Assembly (NCBI RefSeq): GCF_041956535.1
Contig: NW_027192201.1
Coordinates: 610,206-674,205, forward strand
Source of the DNA: Calcarisporiella thermophila CBS 279.70
Lineage: Eukaryota > Fungi > Calcarisporiellomycota
Direction: 5' to 3'
DNA length: 64,000 nucleotides
Numbering within the stretch: position 1 is the first letter of the stretch; every line of letters starts with the position of its first letter. Made by a program: the position numbers and the translations under genes. Under the pieces are notes generated by a model that was not told where the DNA came from, did no database searches, and was given only the letters and a program-made list of their open reading frames with translations. Positions 12,811 to 30,392 of the stretch are shown piece by piece.

Positions 12811-13903
12811 ATGAATAAAATCTCATTTCATTTAGGCCTTTTATATCTTCCCACTTCCTAGTCAAATTCGCCAAATATACGGAATAAAAGGAAAAGAACT
12901 ACATTGATAATATTATTCTTGGGTTTATACTTCTCATGTTTTATTTTTAAATTATAATAATAATCAATGGACAAATTTGATTGGCTTGGGAGACTTGCAT
13001 CAAGAGTTCTTTGACCCGCAGTATTGTAATAGCGATGTATTCACAGAACAACTATTGATATAGCCAGTCATATTCTAATGCATTTATTCTACGCCTTCAC
13101 ATATTCCGATCGATATCATACTAAATCGCTCTGCATATGTGCTCTGCGAGTTTATGGAAAATTAAAATATTCGCATTCAATATATATACATACATGAATT
13201 TCGAACATTGCTACATTGTTGTAGCTTTATTTCTTTTTCAATATTATTTGAATTTGGGTATATTTTTTGTATTATTCAATGTTATGATATATGAAAATTC
13301 TATAGTGCAATTAGGGGGATTAGCCAACTTGGTATTCGATTTCCTCTGAGTGCAGTATCACTAGTTATGCTCAAGTGTAGCTGAAATAGTGACGACTTTG
13401 TCTCGCTAAGACATTATAGTACAGTTGATTTCATCGCGTTATCATTGCTTTAAAGCTCTTTGAATTAAAATGATGAGCCAATTGAGTATCTGAGGAAATA
13501 TTATTTTTTTGTTATTACGCCAGTTAAATAAATTGGAGTGTTCTCTTAATTGATGACATATAATATATAAACGGTACATTGAGTTCAGAAGCTTAGAAAA
13601 AATAGAAATATGGTAATAAGCTTTGACCCAATAAACTTTTCATAATATTAATGGAAAGGCTCAAAAATATTATTTGCAAATTATATTGTGTGGGGATCGA
13701 GAAAGGGGTGGCTAAAAAAATATTCAAATAGTGAGCAAACAGATTGACTGTATTCACTCTATAGCAAGAGGTATAAAAATAGTTTTAAAATAAAATATGA
13801 ATGGTTTTATTTAATATGCACCAAATAAAACTATTATAATCTGCGGGCTCTCCTCTATTCACATAATAAGATAAAAATATGAGTGAAAATCAAAATAGGT
13901 GAT

Positions 13904-15091
13904 TTAGAAAAATAAATAAGCAAAGAGGAAGGAGAGAAAAGCAACAAGTGCAACCATAAGGGGGGGGATACCATCCATTTGTCTATTCAACTGCATTGTA
14001 GATTGTGGAGCAGTGGTGCTAGTATTCTGGCTAAGCAGCTTAATCTCATTTTCATAGCGATCTATCGTGTTTTGCATTCGTTGAATAGCATCATTTGCAC
14101 TAGTTAGCTCCTTTTGGAGTCTCTCAAATTCTTCCTTTTGCCTCTGTTGCTGTTGTTGCTGCTGCTGTTGCTGTTGTTGCAATTCTGGATGTGGATCATT
14201 ATCAGTCGATATCGGGGACTGAATCGACGCTAGGGTAGATTGAGGGGCAGAGGCAGCAGGAATGTGGTTATATTCAGCTTTGTTTGCTAGCGATGATTGC
14301 TCTTCTTCTGCGGCTGATTGATATCCGACCTCCAATTTTTTCTGTGGTTGACTATCAGGACCAGACTAAAAAACGTAAGGTGTTAATAAAGTAAAATAAT
14401 TCAAACGAAATAATGAAGAGTATAACCTCGTTGGCTGAGCTTTCTTGACCTTGTGGAGGAAGATAAACGCAACGAATTTTCTTTTCTATGATTTGACTTT
14501 TCATGGTCTTCTCCACCAGTGGCCACTATATGAAAGCATGTTTAAAATATAAAACTTGAATAGTAAATATTAATTACTTATATCGTTACCAATTCTTGCT
14601 GATTCATATTTTGGAAATCTGAAGTCAATAGAACACTTTGAACTAAAAATTTGTCTCGACACTTAAATTCAAGTGGTGGGTCTTCCTTCATAGGTTGGAG
14701 GAGAACTAACCACGCGTTACATCATAATTAAAATAAAGATTGAACAGTATATGTGAAATATTAGTATATACCTTGAACTTCCATTTCAGATTGAGCTTCA
14801 ATACGACCTGAGTTTGGCCGTACGCAGTATTGTTTAGGTGCTGTTGTTTTAACTTTAAATGCAATCGGCTGAGAATTTAGATTCTTTATCCGAAGGATCT
14901 CTTTGACCTGTGATGTAAAAGGTCCTGTAAAAAGATAGTTTGAAATATATAAAGGAAGAGTTAGATGCAGAAATTCAATATTTCATTTAATAGCCAAAAT
15001 CCTCATGATGTAGATGTATAACAATAAATGAATGAAGAATATCCTTACTCCGAAAAGAGAGCTGAGAGGATGGTTCAAGTTCGATGGACAT
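13904..15091 (-). CDS. SCS2: VAMP-associated ER protein (VAP/Scs2): MSP domain, coiled coil, C-terminal TM anchor
   Basis: IAFKVKTTAPKQYCVRPNSG VAP signature; KCRDKFLVQS; terminal hydrophobic helix VALVAFLSFLFAYLFF. Confidence 0.95.
14144..14179 (-). repeat. CAA/CAG repeat encoding Q12 in VAP
   Basis: Direct reading of ctgttgctgttgttgctgctgctgttgctgttgttg. Confidence 0.9.
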
Positions 15092-15381
15092 GGCTATTGA
15101 GTATTATTACACCCCTTTCTCTAATTGAAGAAAATAATCTCTTAAAGGAATAGAACTGAATCAATCTCTTTGCACTTGGAAAATCACGAACGAAATTTAA
15201 GTACGTCATGTGCTCTCGTCATTAATCAGTTGAAATCAATTGAATATCATATTTCGCTTTTGAAGATTATTACATTCCTCGACGATAAATAATATTATTT
15301 TCCCCAATTACCTACGATTGAAAGTTGCCGTAGCGCTGATATAATCTCAAAACTGAGTTCAAATTGTGTTTCTTTATAACT

Positions 15382-15630
15382 ATGTCAAAAAATAATCAAA
15401 TTGATTCTTCGATTCTCGGGAGAAATGAAGCAATGCTACAGTACCCTGAATCTCAGCGCCAGCCTCGCAATGACGCAGATTTTGAACAACAACAATTGGC
15501 ACCATTGCCAATTAATCATAGAGAGAATACTGCAGAAATGCAGCACGGTTTTTTCGAAGAAGCTGGGGAACCTGTTTGTGCCATTCCCCACTTCGATGAT
15601 CCACCCAAACTTAACTCGCGCATGTGCTAA
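15382..15630 (+). CDS. Hypothetical 82-aa acidic/Gln-rich protein
   Basis: Intronless ATG-TAA ORF with higher GC than its flanks, divergent from VAP (290 bp); no recognisable family. Confidence 0.45.
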   Translation: MSKNNQIDSSILGRNEAMLQYPESQRQPRNDADFEQQQLAPLPINHRENTAEMQHGFFEEAGEPVCAIPHFDDPPKLNSRMC

Positions 15631-15881
15631 AGATATAAGACTAATATCTGAAAATGAGCGTTATGAATTGTAAATCGTAATAGCAGTTTATTTCATATAA
15701 TTTGTGTGTATATTTTCATTGTTTTCCAAGTCTTGTAATATTATTTCTGAACTTTGAACATTGTAATCTGAATAAATCTATTTCAGAATGTTCTGAAGTT
15801 TTAGCTATATTTTACCGATTTTGAAAAGCCATTTTCTCTCCTAAACCAGTTCAGCATAGGAGACATCTATTATTTTTCAAA

Positions 15882-16418
15882 ATGCACCCGGCAAGGAAGA
15901 ATAAAATCGATATTAGTGTAAGTAATGAAGATTTATAAGTACCAAATTACTCGATGCTTTCATTTTTGTAGCAATAAATCCTGATCTAAAATGTATATTC
16001 GCTTGATCTGCCTAATTTACTTTTTGTGCTATACTTCTTAGCAATTAACCGATGAGGAACAGAAGATGTTCCGGATGTACGGGAAACTCCCTGATAGGAA
16101 GGATGTCGTAGGTCATCGTCTTAAGGAGGTAGGCTTCTGTTGTTTGTGTGTGTTCATGAATTAGTTTCTAACGCCGTTCAACTATAGCGTAAGTATTTCG
16201 ATAGTGGAGATTACGCCCTCAGCAAAGCTGGTAAAGCTACCCTCCCAGTCGGCTCAGCGCATCCACGTCCAGAAACGATCCCACATTCTAATCCTAATCT
16301 TGCTCAACATGGCTCATCTCCAGTGAAGGAGAGTTCTCTTGTGCGTGAGGCCCCACTTGAGGCGGATATCTCCAAAGCTGATGACCCCATGGATACGATA
16401 GAGTCCGAAAAGGCTTAA
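15882..16418 (+). CDS. IGO1: Endosulfine/ARPP19 family PP2A-B55 inhibitor (Igo1/Igo2); not in the ORF track because exons are short
   Basis: Spliced MHPARKNKIDIS|QLTDEEQKMFRMYGKLP...LKE|RKYFDSGDYALSKAG; contains the Greatwall/Rim15 site FDSGDY. Confidence 0.93.
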
Positions 16419-16880
16419 TGATTGTTGGAAATTTATTTTTATAATATTCGGATCCAACGAGTCAAGTGTTTTATATAGCTACTTTTTCTTTTATTTTACT
16501 ATTTTTTGAAACTTTTTTAACTGGGCTCTCTCCTATTTTACTCTTTCCCATTCCTTCTCTCATTTCTTTCTCTATCTCTGCTTTGCACATTTAATTGGCC
16601 ATATTTTTTATTCTCTGTGAAAATAGTCCTACTATTATGGCTCATCGTTTTTTCTCCTTTTCCTTTTGTCTTTTTTTTTCTTGACACAAATAAGCTCTGC
16701 CTATTTTTTTCTCAATAGCGTATAGATGAATCTGATGTCCGGATTATCGAGACCATCTCTAAAATTTATATCTTGCTAGTAAACACTCTTCTCTGAATCA
16801 ACAATATTGATTATGAAATACATAAAATATAGTAATATTGTATGTGTGAATAATATTTTATTCATTCTCTCCACGAGATG

Positions 16881-16888
16881 TGTGGCTG
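16881..16888 (-). promoter_or_regulatory. Homol-D-like element (TGTGGCTG) upstream of RPS8
   Basis: One mismatch to TGTGACTG, about 115 bp upstream of the RPS8 ATG; followed by a pyrimidine tract CCCTCCTCTTTC near 16954. Confidence 0.5.
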
Positions 16889-17003
16889 ATAATAAGTTGC
16901 GGGCAGGTTTATGAAATTGGATGTTAATGTAGTTCCTATAGCATTAGTTTATTCCCTCCTCTTTCGATTGGCATCCCATCTAGGATATTAAATAGAATCA
17001 AGA

Positions 17004-17967
17004 ATGGGTAAGTTATCATATCAGTTGATCGATGGCGGTGAGATGAAGCATAGGAGTAGAGAAATGGATGGATGAATAGTTGATATATAGTGAAGGATGA
17101 AAGAGACTATTATGGATATAGATGAGATTATTTTTCTCATTCGCTAATGAATGAATAAGCTTGCTATGTGTGTGGCGATCGAGAAGCGATGCCGAGATTT
17201 CATCATAGATTACTTATCATTTATTAAAATTCTAGGTATCAGCCGAGACTCCCTTCACAAGCGCTCGCATACCGGAGCCAAACGCGCTCAATTCCGCAAA
17301 AAGCGCAAGTACGAACTTGGACGTCAGGCTGCCAACACAAAACTGGGCCCAAAGCGCATCCACGAGATCCGTGTTCGTGGTGGTAATCATAAATTCCGCG
17401 CATTACGTCTAGATTCTGGAAACTTTTCGTGGGGTTCCGAAACTGTTACACGCAAAGCCCGTATTATTGCTGTGGTTTACAACGCATCAAATAACGAGTT
17501 GGTCCGCACTAATACACTTGTAAAGAGTGCAGTCATTCAAATTGATGCCACACCATTCCGCCAATGGTATGAGGCTCACTACGGTGTACCGGTTGGCAAA
17601 AAGAAATCTAAGGCTGCTGTACGTATTTCTTTTGCATAATGCTTGAAGAAATGGACTCTAATATCCTTCAACATTTTTAGTCTGAAACTAAGGAGGAAGA
17701 GCAAAAGCGTTCCAACCATGTCCAGCGTAAATTAGAGGCACGCAAACCCAATGCCAAGGTTGACCCTCTCCTCGATGACCAATTCGCTACTGGACGTCTT
17801 TACGGTATAACGGATTACCTTCTTTTTTTGTGGAAAATAGCTGGTATTAATCTCTTCCTATAGCTATTATCTCGTCTCGTCCTGGGCAATCTGGCCGTGC
17901 TGACGGTTACATTCTTGAGGGCAAGGAGCTCGAATTCTATATCCGTAAGATCAAGCAAAGAAAGTAG
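17004..17967 (+). CDS. RPS8: 40S ribosomal protein S8 (eS8)
   Basis: ATG G|intron|[17 protein letters not shown]...RKYELGR...RVRGGN...[23 protein letters not shown]; 3 introns. Confidence 0.98.
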
Positions 17968-18068
17968 ATATAAATGGATAATAAATTCTATTTTGATCTT
18001 TGATCATGTATATGAAAATTTTCTATGGCGGAAAAAAAAAGAAATTGAACACATTGAAATTTATTGAT

Positions 18069-19641
18069 TTATTGGACTTGTTCGTAATGTTGAACCTCCA
18101 CGTTCATTAGTCGAAACATATTGCGAAGTTGGTCCGCTTTTCTTCCTTGATCACGGATAAATGTGAACACACTGCCTGGTTTGCCCATGCGCCCTGTACG
18201 GCCTGCAACGTGAAGGTAGGCAGCGGGAGAGCTTGGTGCTCCAAGTATGAACACATGTGAAAGTAGAGGCAAATCGATACCGCGCGTGGTTACTTCGGTA
18301 CCAATAAGTAGATTGGGCTGTTGGTTTTCAATTTTGTTTGCACTTTTAGTTCGGAGGGTGGGTAGAACCTCGGATGCCTTCAAACCATGGCTACTTAATC
18401 GATCAATAACTCTAGACACGCTAGAAGTTGCAGGAACAATGACCAAACCGCGATTTACGTCCTCCATCTCAACTACAGTTGTTACTCCTTCGAGCATTCG
18501 GTCCATGTACGCATCATCCGCCTCAGGGCCGTTTGCCTCTTCATCAACCGAGTCTTTCTCTATTTCAATGCTTTCCATCTCTTCATCTTTACTATGGTTA
18601 TCTAACTCAATAGGTGAACGGAGATTTCGAATTGTGTCACCAGAAATAACAAGGCAATGATGCTTGATAGTAGCCGGCGGTAATGAGGTTTTGGCTATGT
18701 CAATGAAAAGTGCCCTGTATATCCATCCCTTTTTGAACATAAAATAACGCAATTGCCTATTTAGTGTAGCAGAAAGTGCTATTAATTGCGGCTTCTGCTT
18801 AGGTTTATTTCCAAGCAACATATCCAGCACCGTCTCACAGGGTTTAGGGTTCTTTCTCCTTAGCTGCACTTCTTTTTCTCTGGCAAATCTTCGTGGTAGA
18901 CGGAGAGCCTGATCCACTTCATCGACAACAATTGTACGCAAATATTGCAGATCAAGAGCATCTTTCAAGAGCAACTCATGTACACGCTTCGGTGTTCCAA
19001 CAAGAATATGCGGTGATTCTCGAATAAGCGCTGCAGTTTGTTCCTTAATTTCTAGGTCTCGATTTTCGTGCAGCTCACTTGTAACAATTTGGAGGATTGG
19101 CGCTATTGATGGATATGTATCCTTTGGTAGAATCTCACGGGCCCAGATTCCGATTTGTTCTGCGAGCTCACGGTTGGGCACCAGTACCAAATATGAAATA
19201 TATGCTCTTGGGGAGTTTTTACGTGCCGAGAAATTCAAAGGATATCTGGACGGATGTGAGCGTTGTTTACTTAAAAGGGCGAGAAGAATACTGAAGGATT
19301 TTCCAGTACCGGTTTGATCTCGAATGAGTACGTCGCGATTTGCTAGAATAGAGGGGATAATCGAGCGCTGTGCTGTTGTTGGTTTGATTATTCCGAAATT
19401 TTCACGTATAGAATTACATAGCTCATTAGGGATTCCGAGAGCCTAAAAGTTTAATAATTAATTTTACTTATTATTTAATAATTCCAAACAAACTCACTTC
19501 AAAAGAATCAACGGGGCATTTTCGATCCGAAGTATATGCGTTACGCTGAGAGAAATGGATCAAGCTTCTGTAGAAAGGCGATATACCACTCGAATGTAGG
19601 CGTGATTCGCAGCAAGGTATATACTGTACTATTCTTAACAT
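18069..19641 (-). CDS. DEAD-box RNA helicase, probably mitochondrial
   Basis: Q motif PTTAQ, TGTGKS, PNRELA, GTPKR, DEVD, SAT, RGID, HVAGRTGR; Arg/Ser-rich N-terminus MLRIVQY...; one intron near the 5' end. Confidence 0.88.
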
Positions 19642-19988
19642 TTACTTACGATTAGATTAGATTTAAGAAGAACTTCTTTGCATATAAATTTTCAAAGCCA
19701 CTATTTAATAACTGCGCCTCGATATCCCGGATATCCCCGACCAAAAGTACGCAACATCAATCCGACTTATTTTTTTTTTCTTGCTTCTTTATTATTAGGT
19801 GTAGAAACTTTTTATTCCTCCTAAAGTGCTGGTTTCGCGTTTTCGAGACTGCGAAAAATAATCGCGTTTCTGCCAGTTATATAATTTTAAATTTAAATAA
19901 GAATTAAATCCAATTTTACTCTGTAGTTATTATATCATCATTTTTTTTCTTATGTCTTGATCATCGCTGATCGACACATAAGCGAATA

Positions 19989-24941
<4,953 letters not shown>

Positions 24942-25627
24942 AAAAGAGAGACTTGAATCCTCTTTGCGTATACTTTTTTTTTCCCTTTTTTATCAGCTTA
25001 GCAACTACTTGGAATTTTTGCTTTACAAATCCCTCTCTTCTCTTTGTCTTTTTATTATAAATATTTACGTTGCACTTTTTCTTTCTCTCTCTCTTTGTAT
25101 CTTAACAGTTTTTATAAAGGATTTACAAAAGTTTACCTCATGATGTCTCTGTGTTATTTATTTTCATAAAATTTTTCAGACTAGTTTTCGTCATATTCCA
25201 TATATAATCCTGAACACTGGATGCATGAGGCGGCTCCTGCATTTTGAAAACTCTGGTTAATTGAATATAGTGCACGGTTTCCAAAGCGCATCAGTCGCCA
25301 AGAAATAGGATGGTATTGAGAGGATTATGAATTGTCAGCAAGTCATCCTGGGGCATATTACTACGAAGCGTTTGGCTTCCAATAAATTACATAGTTTCAT
25401 ATACTCTTCGCTCGATCCATTCTACTGTCTTTTATGGAGAATCTGCTCTTCGAATTCCAGTACTTATTGTTTGCCTTGGCATTATTAGGTTTTTTTTAGC
25501 TTGCCGATATATTGGGAGCATGAAATATTTTTATTATGGAAAAATAAAAAAAAAGACTTAATAAAAAAAAATGAAAAATGAATATCTTTACTTCCAATAA
25601 GCTTATTGAAACCTTTTACTTATCTAT

Positions 25628-27570
25628 TCAGTCCATATCCTCGCCTTCCCGTTCTTCCTTCTGCATCACCATCAAGTCATCAATTCTCAAAATTGCAATG
25701 GCAGCCTCCGTCGCGGCCTTCAGACTCTTGATTTTGCTCATGGCTGGCTCTAAGACTCCCGCCCGCAAATTATCACGCACCTCACCGCGGATCAGATCCA
25801 ATCCGTACCATTTGAGGGCCTTCTTAGCCTCATTGACTCCGGCGTTCTGGGCAGCATTGTGATATGCGCGCAGCTTGGCAACCAGATCAGTCGAGTCCTT
25901 GGCGGCATTGACGGCCAATGTCTTGGGAATGACTAAGAGGGCATTGGCAAATTCAGCAATGGCCAGTTGTTCGCGAGAGCCGAGGGTTGTCGCAAAGTTC
26001 TCTAAATAGATGCTGAGGGCAGTCTCAACTGCACCGCCACCAGGAACCACACTTCCGCTCTCCAGGGTGCGCTTCACCACACATAGCGCATCATGTAGAG
26101 AGCGTTCCATCTCATCGAGCATATAATCATTTGCACCGCGTAAAATAATGGATGCAGAGCTCTGCTGCTTTGTTCCTTTGACAAGGATGCACTCGTCATC
26201 GGAAATACGCTCTTGTACCACTTCTTCTGCTTGGCCAAGGTAGGAAGCCTCGAACGTCTCTTCACCCTCAAGATTGGCAAGTGTGGAAAGCAAGGTTGCT
26301 CCAGTTGCTTTGGCAATACGGCGGAGATCATCTTTTTTGCAGCGGCGCACTGCCATCGCACCCGCTTCAACAAACAGCTTGAGACAGAGGTCATCAATGC
26401 CCTTAGTTGTAAAAATTACGTTGGCACCGGTGGCCAAGATTTTCTTGATGCGCTCCGTCGTGATCTCGATTTCTCTGTTAAAAAAATAAGGAAAATGAGT
26501 GAATAAAGAAGATAACGTAGAAGTACAAGAGGGTCAGCTCCCACTTACCGCTTTCGGATATCCTCAAGTTTGTCCGGATCATCGATGACCACGTTGACAC
26601 CTAGGTGCATTCTGGTGCGTTGCAAGTTGATATCTAAGCAAGCGATTTTTGCGCCAGCGATTCTCTTCTTCATGGCCTGGCTTGCAACTGTACAGTTAAG
26701 AGCATAGCCACGAACGAACATGGATTCACGAGCACCCTTTCCGTGTGCCTTGAGCACATTCACGGCCTTGACAGGGTACTTGGTTTCGCCGCGTGCGTTT
26801 GTCACCTTAACCGCAAGCATCGCATCAACGCAGAGATTGGCGAAAAATTCATCATCACTATTGGGTTAAAGGATGAAAATCAGCCTTTGTAGGATACCGT
26901 TAGGGACGGCATTACTCACGATCCAATAATCTTGCTTGCCATACTGGTTCTAGCAGCGTTCACAAGACATTCTCTTCCTAGAGCATCAACCTTCACAGTC
27001 ATCTGATCGGCAATAAATTTGCAGGCCTCTCTACTCGCCAAACGATAGCCCGAGATAATCGTTGTTGGGTGAATACGGTTTTTCACGAGTTCATTGGCAC
27101 GGCGGAGGAGCTCAGCAGCGATGATAACTACTGAAGTGGTTCCATCTCCAACTTCCTTATCCTGCTGTTGAGCAAGTTCAACAAGGACGCGACCGGCGGG
27201 ATGTTCAACTTCAAGGAGGTTAAGAATAGTGGCACCATCGTTAGAGATTGTCACATCCTGGTATTTAAGATTATTATATGCTCAGTAAGTTGGGGCGATC
27301 AAACCAAATTCGATGTGAACAGAGTACTTACACCAATATCATCCACCAACATCTTGTCCAAACCAACCGGACCTAATGAGCTCTTGACGATGTTGGCAAT
27401 GGAGAGTGCAGCAGTAACTGTGCAGAAATAATATAATCCATTAAAATGAAGTCGAGCATTCACATAGCACCCAATCTGCCAGTATTACCATTTTGCGTCC
27501 GCACCTCCTGTCCCGAGATTCTTTCGCCTCCGAGAAACAGTGATGCATTCCGCTCCCTTTGAAGATTCAT
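25628..27570 (-). CDS. TCP1: Chaperonin CCT alpha subunit
   Basis: [17 protein letters not shown]|[53 protein letters not shown]. Confidence 0.97.
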
Positions 27571-27925
27571 TTTTTTCTTTAGCTAATATTTCCTGATGCT
27601 CTCGATAAGTGCAAACACCAAAGAAAATAAAATATGGTAAACGCGCGTTCAATTTTTTCGAGAACCCAAACAACATCGTGGCTTAGATTTCAAGTCTTCT
27701 CTGCCTTTCTTTTAACTTGATGAAATGGGGATAATTTTAGCCAAGTTATGTTTTTTTTTTTGGTTAAAAGGAACAAAAAAAAAAAAAGAATTACACACAG
27801 AGAATGAAGAGAAGAATAGAAAAGAAAAAAAGAGAAGGAAATATTTGCAAAAAAATGTGTAGAGAAGGAGGGCGGACTTCTATGCTTCCATGTTGAAAAA
27901 TTCCAATTTCCTTGGGTTGGAGCAC

Positions 27926-28546
27926 TTAGAACTTCAAGTTTTCATCCTATTCATTGCATAGGAATCAGATTAGGCATTCAGCATGATGATACCTAAGTCT
28001 ATGCATGATGTCGAATGCTTACCAGTTCCTTCACCTTCCCGAAGCATTCATCGTACGTCTCACGATATTCCTCGGCAGCTTTCATGTCCTTCTTTTTACC
28101 TCCAGGCACAATCATCACCACGCTCGTAGGCCGCTTTGTGGCACCAGCAGTACCGAGGGCCTCCTTCGAAGGAACATAGCAGTAGGGCACGGAAGCATCT
28201 TCGCATAGTACGGGAACATGTGTAATCACATCAATGGGAGAGATGTCTCCGGCGATGATAACAAGGCTATCGATGCAATCATTACAAATTAACACCAGAA
28301 ATTATGCGAAGGATGGGATGAGATTTACCCTTTTTCTCCTTTTCGGACAGCCTTGACCACCTCCTTAACACCTCTTCGAACGTGGCGTTGCTTCGCGGCC
28401 TTCTTTACCGTCTTCAAGAGCTTTTTGCAAAGCTTGTCAGTGGCAAGAGGATGAGCAATCGGGGACACAGCATCTAGGCTGACTTCCTCTTCGTTATCAG
28501 AATCGGCGGCCTGTTTAACCTTTTTTTCTTTCTTTTCTTTACCCAT
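27926..28546 (-). CDS. NHP2: H/ACA snoRNP subunit Nhp2 (L7Ae family)
   Basis: SPIAHPLA, RRGVKEVVKAVRKGEKG, IAGDISPIDVITHVPVLCED, TKRPTS; 2 introns. Confidence 0.96.
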
Positions 28547-28692
28547 TTCAGCAGATTATTCCTCTTGAAAATAAATTCAAGAAAAGTGTGTTTACTTTTA
28601 TTTATTTGAGATTCGAGTGCTGCGGATCTAAAGTCACACATTTCAACTTGGCCGTTCGAAAATATTCACCTCGCCCAAGTGCATTTTGAAGA

Positions 28693-30084
28693 ATGACCCG
28701 CCCTTTTAATGTGGAACTGGGCCGTTATCCCATTGAGATTCATGCAAGTAATGACAAAGGCCGGTATGCGGTTGCAACACGGGATATAAGGAGGGGCGAG
28801 GTATTATTTGAGGTAAGGGAAAATGCGACGACTCAACGCAGTTTATAACCGAGACTAGAGTCTAATAATTCAACAGGCCAATTTCTATGCGGCTTCTATA
28901 TTCGACTCGCATAGGAAGCGAGCGTGTGCTGCGTGCGTATTCTACAGTCGTAAAAGTATACTGCCCCTCCGTTGTCGAGGTTGTGATCAAGTATATTACT
29001 GTTCTATCGAGTGCGCTCGCTCTGCTGGCGTCACCACTGGTATTGAATCAGAAGAAGAAGCGCCCACGACCATCGGAAACCACTCAACAGTGTGTACAAG
29101 TCTTCGACGTCTTGCGACAACGGGAAAATTGGATCGGCACCAGAAAAGCGTGGTTAAACTAGTTCTTCTGATACTGGCACGCCGTGCTGTGGATCCGTCA
29201 AGTTATCATGCCGTTGAATCCTTACAGTCGCATTATGAGGATTGGTCGGAGGAGAGCAAGCGGGATTGGGAAAGACTGAGAGGATTTTTGGAGGGAATGC
29301 TTATAGACATAGAGTGGGAGAGTTTTCTGAATCTAGTGTCGAAGGTCGAGAGCAATGGATTCGGGGTATATGCTTATCGGAAGAATGAGGAAAAATTGAC
29401 CTGTTTTGGACGAGGTAAACAGTTTATTACACTGTGTTTGATATTATCTCGATAGTTTTGATGCCAATGGTATGCCATTGGATTTTGAAAGCGGTTTTTC
29501 CCTCGGCTTCTTATTTCAATCATAGCTGCCGGTGTAATTGCGAATTCAGACAAGCGCAGGGCGATGAAGAAGACGATGACGACGACGGGAAGGAGAAAGA
29601 TGGCGAGAAAGGAGAAGAAGAAGAAGGAGCCGAAAAGGAGAGAGAAGAGATTGAGAAAATGGAGGAAGCGCATGAGAAAGAGAAAGGCGAGAGCGATATC
29701 TCATCCTTGCCACACGGAGACAATAACCTTAGTCAACCTTCAAGTGACGCAAAATTGATAGAAGATACCAATAACGAGGATTTACCACCGCCTACACCTC
29801 CTTCACCGCCTCTGCTTCCTCGTGGGCGTAGCTGCCAAATGACCCTGATTGCGCTAACTGATATTCCGTGCCATGCAGAGCTCACCATCGGTTATATTGA
29901 TCAAGCGGAGGAGAAGCCTCTCGCAGCTCGACGAAGCCAATTGCTAGCTGAATATTATTTTTTATGTCGCTGCGACGCATGTCTTGCAGAGGAGGCGGCG
30001 CCTCGAAGACCGACCATTAAGTGGGGAGCTAAAGGGGGTGGAAAGGCAAAAAAGCAGGGAAAACGCAAGGCAAAACGGGAATAA
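28693..30084 (+). CDS. SET and MYND domain lysine methyltransferase (SMYD-like)
   Basis: KGRYAVATRDIRRGE, MYND-type CAAC..CRGC..YYCSIEC, SNGFG, ASYFNHSC, ELTIGYID, post-SET YYFLCRCDAC. Confidence 0.9.
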
Positions 30085-30392
30085 GCAATGTATTGTTGGC
30101 AGCGTAGCGTCCATTGATTTGCTTTTATGTACAAAGTTTTTTTTTTCGATTCATTGTAAATAGTATCTCGTCAATAGAAGGGGGGAGAAGTATTCCTATT
30201 ACCACCGAAATGAAATATTAACAACAAGAACCAAAAAAAAAAATTAACAATAGAATCAAAAAAAGGTATGTAATAAGAAGAAAATAAACTATTTACGATA
30301 AAAAGGTGTCTAGTATTACAGCAAAACTGAGAACTAAGAAACAGCGTATTTTCAATATATAGAGATAATATAATAATATATAGTTTTTCAAG

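Noticed and set aside
13470-13590. ATGATGA...CTGA box C/D-like motifs in the UCH37-VAP convergent gap
   Set aside because: The boxes are only 13 nt apart, with no terminal D box or stem and no recognisable rRNA complementarity.
27947-28022. Hairpin (GCATTCG/TGAATGC) near the donor of the last NHP2 intron
   Set aside because: A single 7-bp stem with no K-turn; not distinguishable from chance.
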